Shown here: one piece after another, positions 35,823 through 44,834 of the stretch
Position numbering within the stretch: position 1 is the stretch's first letter
Layout of the letters: each line of letters starts with the position of its first letter
From: Candidatus Copromonas avistercoris (nom. illeg.)
GTDB taxonomy: Bacteria > Bacillota > Clostridia > Lachnospirales > Lachnospiraceae
DNA: 51,397 nt
Assembly (NCBI GenBank): GCA_018713185.1
Contig: DVFQ01000072.1
Location: 1 to 51,397, forward strand
Direction of reading: 5' to 3'
The notes under the pieces: model-generated
Seen by the model: only the letters and a program-made list of their open reading frames with translations
What the model was told of the DNA's origin: nothing
Databases searched by the model: none
Program-made: the position numbers and the translations under genes

Positions 35823-36956
35823 ATGAGAAAACAGATCAGCGTACTGGCCGCGGCCGGTATTTTAAGCGCCGTTATGATGACGGGATGCTCCAGCAAGCCG
35901 GCGGAAACGACGGCGGCGGAAACAACCGCGGAAGAAACAACGGCTCAGGAGTCCAAGGAAGCGGCGGAGGGACAGAAAGAAAGCGCTGCCGCGGAAACGG
36001 AAAAAGAAGCGGAGGCCGTTTCCCAGACGGAGCCGCTGGTGGTATATTTGAATGATTTTGACGCCATTATTCCGGATCTGTTTAAAAAAGCCACAGGCTA
36101 TGACGTTGAGGTTGTGGTCGGCAACGGAGCGGAAACCATGGCAAGAATTGAGACGGAGGGCGACAACCCGCAGTGGGATGTGGTATGGCTGGATTCCATG
36201 CCAAGCATTTATTCCATGGGGCAGAAAGGGATGCTTCTGACCGAGTGGGAGCCCTCCAATGCGGCAAATTTAACCGATTACTTTAAAGAGATTGTACCGG
36301 CGGACAAGGCATACTATCCGACCGGAGCCCACGCGGCGGGTGTCATCGCGTACCGGAACGACGTGTACACAGAGGAAACGGCGCCCAAAACATGGGAAGA
36401 TTTCGCCAAGGAAGAATACAAGGATCAAATCGGAATGGCTGATCCCAGCGTTGCGGCTCCGGCGTATCCGTTTGTTTCCTGGTTCTTCGATTCCAAAGAA
36501 ATGGAAGGCGGACAAGAATTCTTCAACTCCTTGTTTGCGAACGGCTTAAAGATTTATCCCAAGAACCCGCAGGTGGTTCAGGCTCTTGCCAGCGGAGAAA
36601 TTTCTGTGGCCGCTCTGCAGGAAAGCAATGCCTACGGTATGATTGCTTCCGGCGAACCCATCAGCATTGTGTGGCCGGAAGAAGGCGCGCCCGCCTCTGT
36701 CAGAGTCGCTGCCATCAGCGCGAAGACGGAACAGCCGGAGGTGGCCAAGGCGTTTGTTGAATTCCTTCTGGATCCGGAAACGCAGCAGGCGATCATCGAT
36801 TCGGGAGACGAAGGCTACTTTGAACCGTCTGTGGAGGGAGTAAATCCCAAGGCAGACCGGGCGACAGATACAAACCTGGTTTATGCGGACGCGGCCTGGG
36901 CGTCCGAGCATGAGGCAGAGATCAAGGAATGGTTTGCAGACGCTTCTGCACAATAG
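35823..36956 (+). CDS. ABC transporter substrate-binding lipoprotein (Fbp/Thi/Pot-type, family 1 SBP)
   Basis: Lipobox MMTGCSS, a Thr/Ala/Glu-rich linker, then an SBP fold. It is followed by a fused double permease and an ATPase. Confidence 0.8.
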   Translation: MRKQISVLAAAGILSAVMMTGCSSKPAETTAAETTAEETTAQESKEAAEGQKESAAAETEKEAEAVSQTEPLVVYLNDFDAIIPDLFKKATGYDVEVVVGNGAETMARIETEGDNPQWDVVWLDSMPSIYSMGQKGMLLTEWEPSNAANLTDYFKEIVPADKAYYPTGAHAAGVIAYRNDVYTEETAPKTWEDFAKEEYKDQIGMADPSVAAPAYPFVSWFFDSKEMEGGQEFFNSLFANGLKIYPKNPQVVQALASGEISVAALQESNAYGMIASGEPISIVWPEEGAPASVRVAAISAKTEQPEVAKAFVEFLLDPETQQAIIDSGDEGYFEPSVEGVNPKADRATDTNLVYADAAWASEHEAEIKEWFADASAQ

Positions 36957-36962
36957 ATTCCA

Positions 36963-38735
36963 ATGAGACATAGCGGCAGGTCAGAAGGGGCAATCGGATG
37001 GATTGTCCTTTCTGTTCTTACGGTTTTAATTATTCTTCCCCTGGGAACGGTTTTGCTTCAGGTCGTAAAACCGGGACTTTTAGGAGAATCGGCAAAAGAT
37101 ACGGGAGCCAGTCTCCTTTTAGAGGTATTTACCCGGCCGCTTTGGAGCCGAGCGTTAAAGAATTCCCTTCTTCTGGGACTCTGCACCACCTTTTTCGGAA
37201 CAATTTTCGGCGCGCTTTTGGCAAATCTGCGGATCAAGTGGGAGTTTAAGGCTGGAAAGCTTTTAGATATCGCGGCCTGGATCCTGATGATCATGCCTTC
37301 GTTCATTATTGCCCAGGGCTGGGTTTATTTTGCCTCCGGAAATGGAGTCGCCAGAGCCTGGCTGGGATGGGACGGGATCAGCAGCTTGGTGTTCAGCTTC
37401 CCGGGGCTGGTGTTTATCATGGTATTAAATAAATTCCCGTTTGCTTATGTAACCATTAAGTCGGCGCTGGAATGGAAGCCTAAACGGCTGTCCTATGCGG
37501 CCCGGGTGAACGGGGCCACTGCCTGGGAGGAATGGAAAACTGTCCAGGCTCCGCTCTGCATTCCGGCCTATTGTTCGGCGGCGATCCTGATCTTTATGGA
37601 TACCATCGGGGATTTTGGCCTGCCGTCGGCGATCTCCGGCGTGTACCGGTTTCAGACCCTGCCCTACGCGATTTATCAGGCGCTTTACAGTTCGCCGATC
37701 CGATTTGATATGGCGGGCGTGCTGTCTTTTTACCTGGTTTTGATCATTATTGCCGCCATGGTCCTCCAATACCTGATCATGGGCCGGAAACGGTTTGATT
37801 TTATGGATACGGGCACGGTGCAGGCGGTCCCCGAACGTCCGCCGCGAGCAGCGGGGGTTTTACTGAATATAACGGGAACCTTCCTGGCGTTTTTAACGCT
37901 TTGCGTTCCCATCGGCTCTACGGTCATTATGTCCTTCTCGGATTCGATCTCCGTGGCCAATTTTGGATTCACGCTGGAGAATTACAAAAATGTGATCCTG
38001 GAAAGCGGGGATCTGTTAAAAGGGCTGGAGCATTCTCTGGGGATCGCCGCCGCCGCGGCCGTTCTGGGCCTGCTTTTGGGGTTCTTTGTTTCCTATGTGA
38101 TGAACTATTCGGATTTTGCCCTAAAGCGGGTCATCGACGTTTTATCGCTGGTGGCGTTGGCGGTGCCCGGCGTGGTTCTCGGCATTGGATATATTTTTGT
38201 CTGGAACCAAAGATGGATTGAGAATCTGGGCCTTCAAATGTATGGAACTCCGAAGATTATTGTGCTTGCCAGCGTGGCGGCGGCGATACCGGTAATTACC
38301 CGGGTTTTGACCGGCGGAATGGCGAAGATCCCAGGTCAGATGCTGTTTGCGGCAAGGCTCCAGGGCGCGGGCCTTTCCATGCGGGTGCGGACGATCCTTC
38401 TTCCGCTGTTGAAGGCAACGATCGTATCGGCCTTTTTATCCGCCTTCGGCGGCAGCGTGTTCAACCTGGCGATTAATACGGTTCTTTACCCGCCCAACTA
38501 TACGACGCTTTCCGTTTACATCAGCAAAGGGGTAGAGAATCTGGAGTTTGGCTATTCGGCCGCGGCTACCATTGCCGGCGGCGGGATCGTCGTGTTGCTG
38601 ATCCTTCTGGCGGAATGTTTAACGAGGGGATGGAAGCGCTCCAACGGGCTGGAGAATGGATCAGAAAACGGGCCGGAGAATGGATTAGAAAACGGGCCGG
38701 AAAACAGATTGGAAAACAGGCTGGAGAATGGATGA
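36963..38735 (+). CDS. ABC transporter permease, duplicated (two-module) FbpB/ThiP-type
   Basis: 590 aa, about 12 TM helices in two homologous halves. C-terminal (x-E-N-G) repeat tail. Confidence 0.85.
   Translation: MRHSGRSEGAIGWIVLSVLTVLIILPLGTVLLQVVKPGLLGESAKDTGASLLLEVFTRPLWSRALKNSLLLGLCTTFFGTIFGALLANLRIKWEFKAGKLLDIAAWILMIMPSFIIAQGWVYFASGNGVARAWLGWDGISSLVFSFPGLVFIMVLNKFPFAYVTIKSALEWKPKRLSYAARVNGATAWEEWKTVQAPLCIPAYCSAAILIFMDTIGDFGLPSAISGVYRFQTLPYAIYQALYSSPIRFDMAGVLSFYLVLIIIAAMVLQYLIMGRKRFDFMDTGTVQAVPERPPRAAGVLLNITGTFLAFLTLCVPIGSTVIMSFSDSISVANFGFTLENYKNVILESGDLLKGLEHSLGIAAAAAVLGLLLGFFVSYVMNYSDFALKRVIDVLSLVALAVPGVVLGIGYIFVWNQRWIENLGLQMYGTPKIIVLASVAAAIPVITRVLTGGMAKIPGQMLFAARLQGAGLSMRVRTILLPLLKATIVSAFLSAFGGSVFNLAINTVLYPPNYTTLSVYISKGVENLEFGYSAAATIAGGGIVVLLILLAECLTRGWKRSNGLENGSENGPENGLENGPENRLENRLENG
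38649..38732 (+). repeat. 12-bp in-frame tandem repeat x7 at the 3' end of the permease gene
   Basis: CTGGAGAATGGA TCAGAAAACGGG CCGGAGAATGGA TTAGAAAACGGG CCGGAAAACAGA TTGGAAAACAGG CTGGAGAATGGA encodes LENG SENG PENG LENG PENR LENR LENG, immediately before the TGA. Confidence 0.9.
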
Positions 38736-38772
38736 TGGGGAAAGCCGCGATCAAATAACAGGAGTTTGGGAC

Positions 38773-39852
38773 ATGGAGAAGAGAGAAGAAATTCTTAAGA
38801 TCGAGAATTTAAAAAAGAGCTTTGGAAGAACGGAGGTCTTAAAGGGGATCAATATGACCGTTTACCGGAATGAGATCATCAGCGTTTTAGGGCCTTCGGG
38901 CTGCGGAAAATCCACGCTTTTAAATATCATAGCCGGAATGCTGACTCCGGACGGCGGCAGCGTTTCCGTAGGCGGAATCAAAATTTCCGAGCGGGGAAGG
39001 GCACTTCCTCCGGAAAAACGGAGAATGAATATGGTGTTCCAGGATTTCGCCCTGTGGCCTCATATGAACGCGTTTGAGAATATCGCCTACGGCCTTCGCC
39101 GGGCAAAGGAAAAGGAAGACACGATCAGGGAACGGGTACAGGAACTTTTAGCGCTGCTCCATTTAGAGGGGCTGGAAAAGCGGTATCCGGCGGAGCTTTC
39201 CGGCGGACAGCAGCAGCGGGTTGCCATCGCCAGGGCGCTGATTACCAGGCCGGAAATTCTTCTGATGGATGAGCCGCTCTGCAATCTGGATGTTCAGCTG
39301 CGGGTGGAGATGCGGACGGAAATGGCCTTTTTGTTCCGCCGCCTGGGAACGACCGTGTTTCATGTAACTCATGATCCGTCGGAGGCCTTTGCCATGGCGG
39401 ATCGGATCGTGATTATGAATAAGGGAAATATCGACCAGATCGATACTCCGCAGAACTGCTACCGGAATCCCAAGACCGAGTCGGTGGCTGCGCTTTTGGG
39501 CGCTGGAAACGCGGTTCATGGGACGGCGAGCGCGGACGGGGCGGAAGCGGTCCGCCTTGGCGGCGTTTCCTGCATGGCGGCGGGAAGAGAAGGCATTTGC
39601 CGCGAGGATCCAGTCAGCATCCGGTTCCGGGCGGAAAACGCGGTTTGGCGCGGGGATCAAAACGAAGGGAACGGCTTCCCGGTGACGGTAGAATATTCTT
39701 CTTTTGAAGGAGATTTTTACCGGGTCATGGCGAAAACGGCGGAGGGCGAACCGCTATGCTTTTTAAGCCGGGAGTTCCTTAAAAAGGGCGTCCGGGGTTA
39801 TGTGGCGGTGGAAAAAAGCCGTCTTTATGTGTACGGAAGGGAATGCGCCTAA
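38773..39852 (+). CDS. ABC transporter ATP-binding protein (FbpC/PotA-like, with C-terminal TOBE-like domain)
   Basis: Walker A GPSGCGKST, signature LSGGQQQRVAIARAL, Walker B LLMDEP. ATG 38773 lies 8 nt after ACAGGAG. Confidence 0.9.
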   Translation: MEKREEILKIENLKKSFGRTEVLKGINMTVYRNEIISVLGPSGCGKSTLLNIIAGMLTPDGGSVSVGGIKISERGRALPPEKRRMNMVFQDFALWPHMNAFENIAYGLRRAKEKEDTIRERVQELLALLHLEGLEKRYPAELSGGQQQRVAIARALITRPEILLMDEPLCNLDVQLRVEMRTEMAFLFRRLGTTVFHVTHDPSEAFAMADRIVIMNKGNIDQIDTPQNCYRNPKTESVAALLGAGNAVHGTASADGAEAVRLGGVSCMAAGREGICREDPVSIRFRAENAVWRGDQNEGNGFPVTVEYSSFEGDFYRVMAKTAEGEPLCFLSREFLKKGVRGYVAVEKSRLYVYGRECA

Positions 39853-39988
39853 AAGAAGCTCCTATAGGGAATGCGCCTAAAAGAAGATCCAGCGTTTACA
39901 AAATCCCGCCATGCGGATATAATGAGGGTATCGGAGGCAGATTGCGTTTGTTTCCGGCATCATCGTCCCCATGGAAAGGAGTATCTGA

Positions 39989-40399
39989 ATGGATAAAGGC
40001 AAGATGAAATGGTACGACAGGAAGCGGCTTTGGTGCGGACTTCCCTGGACGTTTACCAAATATGGAATGAGCGACGACCGTCTGTTTGTAGAAAAAGGGC
40101 TGTTCAATGTCCGCGGCATGGAGGTGCGTCTGTACCGGATCTTAAATATCAGCATTCAGCGCAGCCTGATCCAGAGAATTTTCGGCCTTGGAACCATCCA
40201 CCTGGATTCCACCGATAAGGATCTTAGCTGCTTTGACATTGTAAATATTAAAAACAGCGAGAGCGTTATGGAAATGATCTCGGAGGCGGTGGAAGAAGAG
40301 CGCCTTAGGAACCGGGTGGCTTCCAGAGAATTTATGAGCGACGGGATGCATGAGAACGGCGCAGAGGAAGATGGGATCCATGACAGCGAGGAGCATTGA
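39989..40399 (+). CDS. Bacterial PH (bPH_2/YdbT-like) domain protein
   Basis: TFTKYGMSDDRLFVEKGLFNVRGMEVRLYRILNISIQRSLIQRIFGLGTIHL fits the DUF304/bPH_2 pattern. Confidence 0.65.
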   Translation: MDKGKMKWYDRKRLWCGLPWTFTKYGMSDDRLFVEKGLFNVRGMEVRLYRILNISIQRSLIQRIFGLGTIHLDSTDKDLSCFDIVNIKNSESVMEMISEAVEEERLRNRVASREFMSDGMHENGAEEDGIHDSEEH

Positions 40400-40450
40400 C
40401 GGAACCGGAGCCTCTGTCCGGAACATTGACACAGGAAAAACAACAGCAGG

Positions 40451-41137
40451 ATGAAAGAGAAAAAGAGGAGAACAATTCGATTGACCTATAAAGACATTAG
40501 AAAAAACGAAGAAGTATTGGCATTTTTGACAAAGGGAAACGATAACCTGGGGACGATGGGCTATACGGACCATTCGGCGGCCCATTGCGCGATGGTGGCG
40601 GAGCGGGCCGGCATGATCTTGAAAAAATTCGGGTATTCGGACCATGATATTGAGGTGGTGAAGATCGCCGGTTTTATGCATGATATGGGAAACGCCATCA
40701 ACCGTCACCGCCACGCGGAATACGGGGCGCTGTTGGCCTCCCAGATCCTGGCAAAGACCGATCTGCCTTTGGAGGACCGGGTTACCATCGTTTCCGCCAT
40801 TGGAAATCACGACGAGTCCACCGGCGGCGCCGTGGATCCGATTTCGGCAGCGCTCATCATCGCGGATAAAACCGACGTGCGCAGAAACCGGGTCCGCCAG
40901 AAGGAAATGGCCACCTTTGATATCCATGACCGGGTTAATTACGCGGTTACGGAGGCGAAATTAAAGGTAAACGCGGAAAAGCGGGTGATCACGCTGAATC
41001 TGCAGCTGGACGAGAGTATCTGCTCCATGCTGGAATATTTTGAGATTTTCCTCCAGCGGATGCTGATGTGCCGGAGAGCCTCCGAGATTTTGGGCTCGAA
41101 ATTTAAGATGACCGCCAACGGGAGCAAGATCGTCTGA
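40451..41137 (+). CDS. HD-domain phosphohydrolase
   Basis: HSAAHC...FMHDMGN...GNHDES metal-binding motifs. An alternative TTG start at 40481 is possible. Confidence 0.8.
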   Translation: MKEKKRRTIRLTYKDIRKNEEVLAFLTKGNDNLGTMGYTDHSAAHCAMVAERAGMILKKFGYSDHDIEVVKIAGFMHDMGNAINRHRHAEYGALLASQILAKTDLPLEDRVTIVSAIGNHDESTGGAVDPISAALIIADKTDVRRNRVRQKEMATFDIHDRVNYAVTEAKLKVNAEKRVITLNLQLDESICSMLEYFEIFLQRMLMCRRASEILGSKFKMTANGSKIV

Positions 41138-41232
41138 TTTGGATTAAGGATGTTTGGTCGGCCGATTAGCCCGTCTAAAACAGGCCAAGGCGATCTAAGA
41201 CAGATAAGGCAAGCCAAGATAAATTAGGACGA

Positions 41233-41281
41233 TAAAACAGCCGTCAAGGACAAGCGATTTGCGTTTGTCTCTGGCGGCTGT
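41233..41281 (-). terminator. Intrinsic terminator for the cell-wall-binding repeat gene
   Basis: Long imperfect hairpin ACAGCCGCCAGAGACAAACGC...GCTTGTCCTTGACGGCTGT followed by TTTTAT on the minus strand. Confidence 0.6.
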
Positions 41282-41302
41282 TCGCTATAAGGTCCGATCC
41301 AT

Positions 41303-41947
41303 TTAATAGATTTCGTAGGAAACAAGCTTAAAGCCCAGGGTATTGTCCTTTGTGTAGAAGAACTCGCCCATCATGGAAAGGGAGCCGTTGTTAACTGCGG
41401 AATAGATCAGCTCTTTGCGGTTCTTGGTGGTGTACTGCTCCGTTCCGTCGGAGTTATAAAGGGGGCAGGTAAGCGCTTCGCCGTCAGCCCAGATCTCGAC
41501 GGTGTAATCGTAGGTCTTATCTCCGCTGACCAAGTCGCGGAACAGTTCGTCCGTATCGTCAATCTCATCGTCCTCCGTATCCAGTCCCAGCGTCACGTCA
41601 AAGGGACCGGTCAAGGCGAGGGGATCAAAGGTATCCGCCCCTACTTCGGAAGCGGCTTTCGTCTGTACAACGCTGTCCACGATCCAGGCTCCGCTTTCGT
41701 CCACCAGATAACCGTCTGGGGTTTCGGAATCAAGGTAGCAATAGCCCTCCTCATCGAAATAGTAGCATTCCGCCGTTCCGTCGCCGTTTCCATCCAGCCA
41801 CAGCCACTGGGAAACCGGATAGGAGCCGTCGTCATTCTGCCACCACCAGCCAAAGTCATCCTGCTGCCACTGGGCGGCAAAAGCGGTCATTCCTAAAGAC
41901 AGCGTCATGGCGGCTGTCAGCGCGCCTAATACGATTGTTTTTCTCAT
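41303..41947 (-). CDS. Secreted protein with cell-wall-binding-type (GW/YYF) repeats
   Basis: Signal peptide MRKTIVLGALTAAMTLSLGMTAFA. Repeats include GWWWQNDDGSY, WLWLDGNGDGTAECYYFDEEGY and GYLVDESGAW. ATG 41947 follows GGAGA. Confidence 0.7.
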   Translation of the reverse strand: MRKTIVLGALTAAMTLSLGMTAFAAQWQQDDFGWWWQNDDGSYPVSQWLWLDGNGDGTAECYYFDEEGYCYLDSETPDGYLVDESGAWIVDSVVQTKAASEVGADTFDPLALTGPFDVTLGLDTEDDEIDDTDELFRDLVSGDKTYDYTVEIWADGEALTCPLYNSDGTEQYTTKNRKELIYSAVNNGSLSMMGEFFYTKDNTLGFKLVSYEIY

Positions 41948-42134
41948 AAATTCTGATTCTCCTTTTTTGTTCTGTCCTACAGCCTGCAGCGCCGTAGGAC
42001 GTGGTTTCCTGCCTGCAGCGGGCATTGATTAAGTATCATTATAGAGAATCCATGAGAAATTACAAGATGATTCACGAAATATTCATAATGATTAACATGT
42101 TTTTTGGATTCCTGAAATAATTTTGTAAATAATC

Positions 42135-43178
42135 TTACAAGATTGCCACAGAATGCCCCTGGTTTGGCACAATTTCTCCCACGATGGCTCCAGTCTGGGA
42201 AGCGGCATGCAGCCGCTGGATCAGATGCTCCGATTCCTTGCGGGGAAGGGAAACCAAAAGCCCGCCGGAGGTCTGGGGATCCGCCGCCAGATCTACAAGA
42301 ACACGGGACACGGATGGATCTACAAAAAGGCTCGGCTTTACGTAGTCCATATTCCGGTAAGCGCCGGCGGGGATAATTCCCATTTCCGCCAGCTCCTTCG
42401 CGCCGTTTAACAGCGGAATGTCCGCGCTGAAAAGACAAGCCGTTACGCCGCTTCCCGAGGCCATTTCATAGGCGTGTCCTAAAAGGCCGAAGCCGGTAAT
42501 GTCGGTGCAGGCATGGACATGGGAGCATTCCTGTACCAGCTCGCCGGCCGTCCGGTTTAAAGCGGCCATGGAAGCGGTCGCGGCGTCATAATCCTCCCGG
42601 CTTACCATATCGGCTTTGGCTCCCGTAGTGATCACTCCCGTTCCGATGGGTTTGGTCAGCACCAGGACATCGCCGGGCTCGGCGCCCACATTCCGGAGGA
42701 CTTTATCCGGATGGACATAGCCGGTGACGCACATGCCGTATTTTGGCTCCTGATCCTGGATGGTGTGGCCCCCGGCGATGGCGCAGCCGGCCTCGACGGC
42801 CTTGTCATGTCCACCTAAGAGAATTTGATGGACTGTTTCTAAGGACAGGCAGTTGGGAACGCACAGCAGGTTCATGGCCACCGCAGGACGTCCGCCCATG
42901 GCGTACACATCGCTTAACGCGTTGGCGGCGGCGATTTGGCCGAACAGGTAGGGATCGTCTACAATCGGAGTGAAGAAGTCCACCGTATGGATCGCCGCGA
43001 TTTCTTCGGTAATCTTATAAACGCAGGCGTCGTCGCTGGTATCATAGCCAACCATTAACGCCGGATTGAGTACATTTGGAAGGTCTTTTAAAATTTCCGT
43101 CAAGACACCCGGTCCCAGTTTAGCGGCTCATCCGGCGGCTGTCGTCATTTGAGTAAGAGGAAGTTCCTTCGACATCAT
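42135..43178 (-). CDS. selD: Selenide, water dikinase (selenophosphate synthetase), selenocysteine-containing form
   Basis: The ORF track starts at 43103, but the frame continues upstream through TGA (43130-43128): MMSKELPLTQMTTAAG-U-AAKLGPGVLTEILKDL. GGAGGG RBS precedes ATG 43178. The rest is PurM-like SelD. Confidence 0.85.
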
Positions 43179-43247
43179 TCTTTTCCCTCCATTCTTTCGC
43201 GATTCATTGAAAAGCTGCAAAAACGCAGCATAGTGCAGCCTGCTGTC

Positions 43248-43276
43248 ATCATATCATGGTTTTTCTTCTATGACAA
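43248..43276 (-). promoter_or_regulatory. Putative promoter of selD
   Basis: Minus strand: TTGTCA, a 17 nt spacer, then TATGAT. Confidence 0.4.
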
Positions 43277-43396
43277 CCTCCAACGCTGTGGCTCGCAGAA
43301 ATTCCGCCTCGTTTGTGGACCGCAGGAATGCTGTCCGACTCCCCGGCCGCAGCAATTTTGTATTCCCGGTGTTTCCTTTCGGGCAGCTCCCGGCGG

Positions 43397-44404
43397 CTAC
43401 GGCCCTCTCCGCAGCTTTAAAATGGCCATGGTAACGGTTCCTTCTGTTCCGGAACCTGAGCTGTTATAATTCAGAGTAAAAACAGTTGGCTCCGGAACCT
43501 GTATGATGATATTGGAGCTCCCGCTGTCTGTGGCTCCGCTGGCGGAGGTGGCGGCGTAAATTCCCGATTCGATATGGCTGGCGCCGTTGTAATAGGGCGT
43601 GATCTGCATATAGCTGGCCGTTCTGTAAAGAGCCGATACGCTGAATGAAATCAAATAATAGCCCGGTTTTAGAGAAATACGATACAGATCGAGAGAAACG
43701 ATATTTCCGGTAGGATCAGAAATACTTGGCAGAAGCGGCAGCTGCATTCCGTTGGTTAATGTGACGGAGGTTACAATATAAGAAGCGAAAATATCGTCCG
43801 GGATACTTCCGGCGGGGCCTGCGCTTCCTGTGGCTCCGGTGCTTCCTGTGGCTCCGGTGCTTCCGGTTGGCCCGGTGCATCCAGTTGGACCCGTTGCCCC
43901 GGCCGGACCAGCTGGCCCGGTGGCTCCGGTCGGCCCGGTGGCCCCCGTATTTCCCATGGGCCCAGCGCTCCCAGTAGGTCCGGCTTTCCCGGCCGCACCG
44001 GTATTCCCAGTCGGCCCGGCAGGCCCCGTATTTCCAATCGGACCTGTCGCTCCGGCGGGGCCTGCGCTTCCTGTGGCTCCGGTGCTTCCGGTTGGACCTG
44101 TCGCCCCGGCCGGACCAGCTGGCCCGGTCGGTCCGGTAGGCCCGGTTACGCCAGTCGCGCCGGTCGTCCCAGTGGGCCCGCTAGGCCCCGTCGGTCCGGT
44201 GGCTCCGGCAGGCCCGGTGGCCCCTGTATTTCCCATGGGTCCGGCCGGCCCCGTACTTCCGGTCGGCCCAGTAGGCCCTGGAGATCCTGGAGGCCCGGGA
44301 ATCACCCCGGGCCTGGGAACTTTACAAGGCAGGCTTCCAAAGGGCGGCATCGGAGGACAGCCGTTACCGCAATTTTGACAAAAAGGATTCATGAATTTCA
44401 ACAT
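43397..44404 (-). CDS. Collagen-like triple-helix repeat protein, BclA-like (putative spore surface/exosporium filament protein)
   Basis: Cys/Pro-rich N-terminus, 55 uninterrupted G-X-Y triplets (mostly [12 protein letters not shown]), then a ~135 aa beta-rich C-terminal domain. Confidence 0.85.
   Translation of the reverse strand: MLKFMNPFCQNCGNGCPPMPPFGSLPCKVPRPGVIPGPPGSPGPTGPTGSTGPAGPMGNTGATGPAGATGPTGPSGPTGTTGATGVTGPTGPTGPAGPAGATGPTGSTGATGSAGPAGATGPIGNTGPAGPTGNTGAAGKAGPTGSAGPMGNTGATGPTGATGPAGPAGATGPTGCTGPTGSTGATGSTGATGSAGPAGSIPDDIFASYIVTSVTLTNGMQLPLLPSISDPTGNIVSLDLYRISLKPGYYLISFSVSALYRTASYMQITPYYNGASHIESGIYAATSASGATDSGSSNIIIQVPEPTVFTLNYNSSGSGTEGTVTMAILKLRRGP
43802..44296 (-). repeat. Collagen G-X-Y coding repeat array (9-bp-based periodicity with longer internal duplications)
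   Basis: Gly falls at every third codon from aa 37 to 199. Longer near-identical blocks recur, for example GGGGCCTGCGCTTCCTGTGGCTCCGGTGCTTCC at ~43813 and ~44057. Confidence 0.9.
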
Positions 44405-44468
44405 TCCTGTCCCGTTTTTTTTATGATATGCCGCGGAGCCAGGAATGTTTCAAGAGGTACAGAAGGGA

Positions 44469-44834
44469 TTAATGGAGCTTTTCGATATTCCTGGTGGCGA
44501 TCACATCGCTGCCCAGTCCCAGGACGTTGGGCGCCAGTACGTCTCCGATGGAAACCGGAGCCGAAACGGTGATGCGCCGGATCTCCTCCATTACTTCCGG
44601 GATCTTTTCCCGGGGAATCGGCGCGGAAAGGCGGACGCTGCAAAGGGGAAGGTCCCCGCCCTTTACCAGAACGGAGGAGGCGATGTTCCGCATGGGATTT
44701 TTGATTTCCTGCTCCGCGTAGGACGCGCCTTTGGGGCAGCGGTTCCCGCAGACGGACAGCAGTTCTTTCTCTTTATATTCAATGGTCATTTCACAGCCGT
44801 TGGGGCAGAGGATGCACGTCATAGTTCTATTCAT
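44469..44834 (-). CDS. DUF1667-domain protein (third subunit of the clostridial glpA-type cluster)
   Basis: MTCILCPNGCEMTIE...CGNRCPKG Cys motifs. It overlaps the upstream gene by 8 nt. Confidence 0.8.
   Translation of the reverse strand: MNRTMTCILCPNGCEMTIEYKEKELLSVCGNRCPKGASYAEQEIKNPMRNIASSVLVKGGDLPLCSVRLSAPIPREKIPEVMEEIRRITVSAPVSIGDVLAPNVLGLGSDVIATRNIEKLH

Noticed and set aside
40142-40927. 261-aa minus-strand ORF opposite the PH-domain and HD-domain genes
   Set aside because: It spans two plus-strand genes and their intergenic region and has no motifs. The plus-strand genes have RBSs and family signatures.
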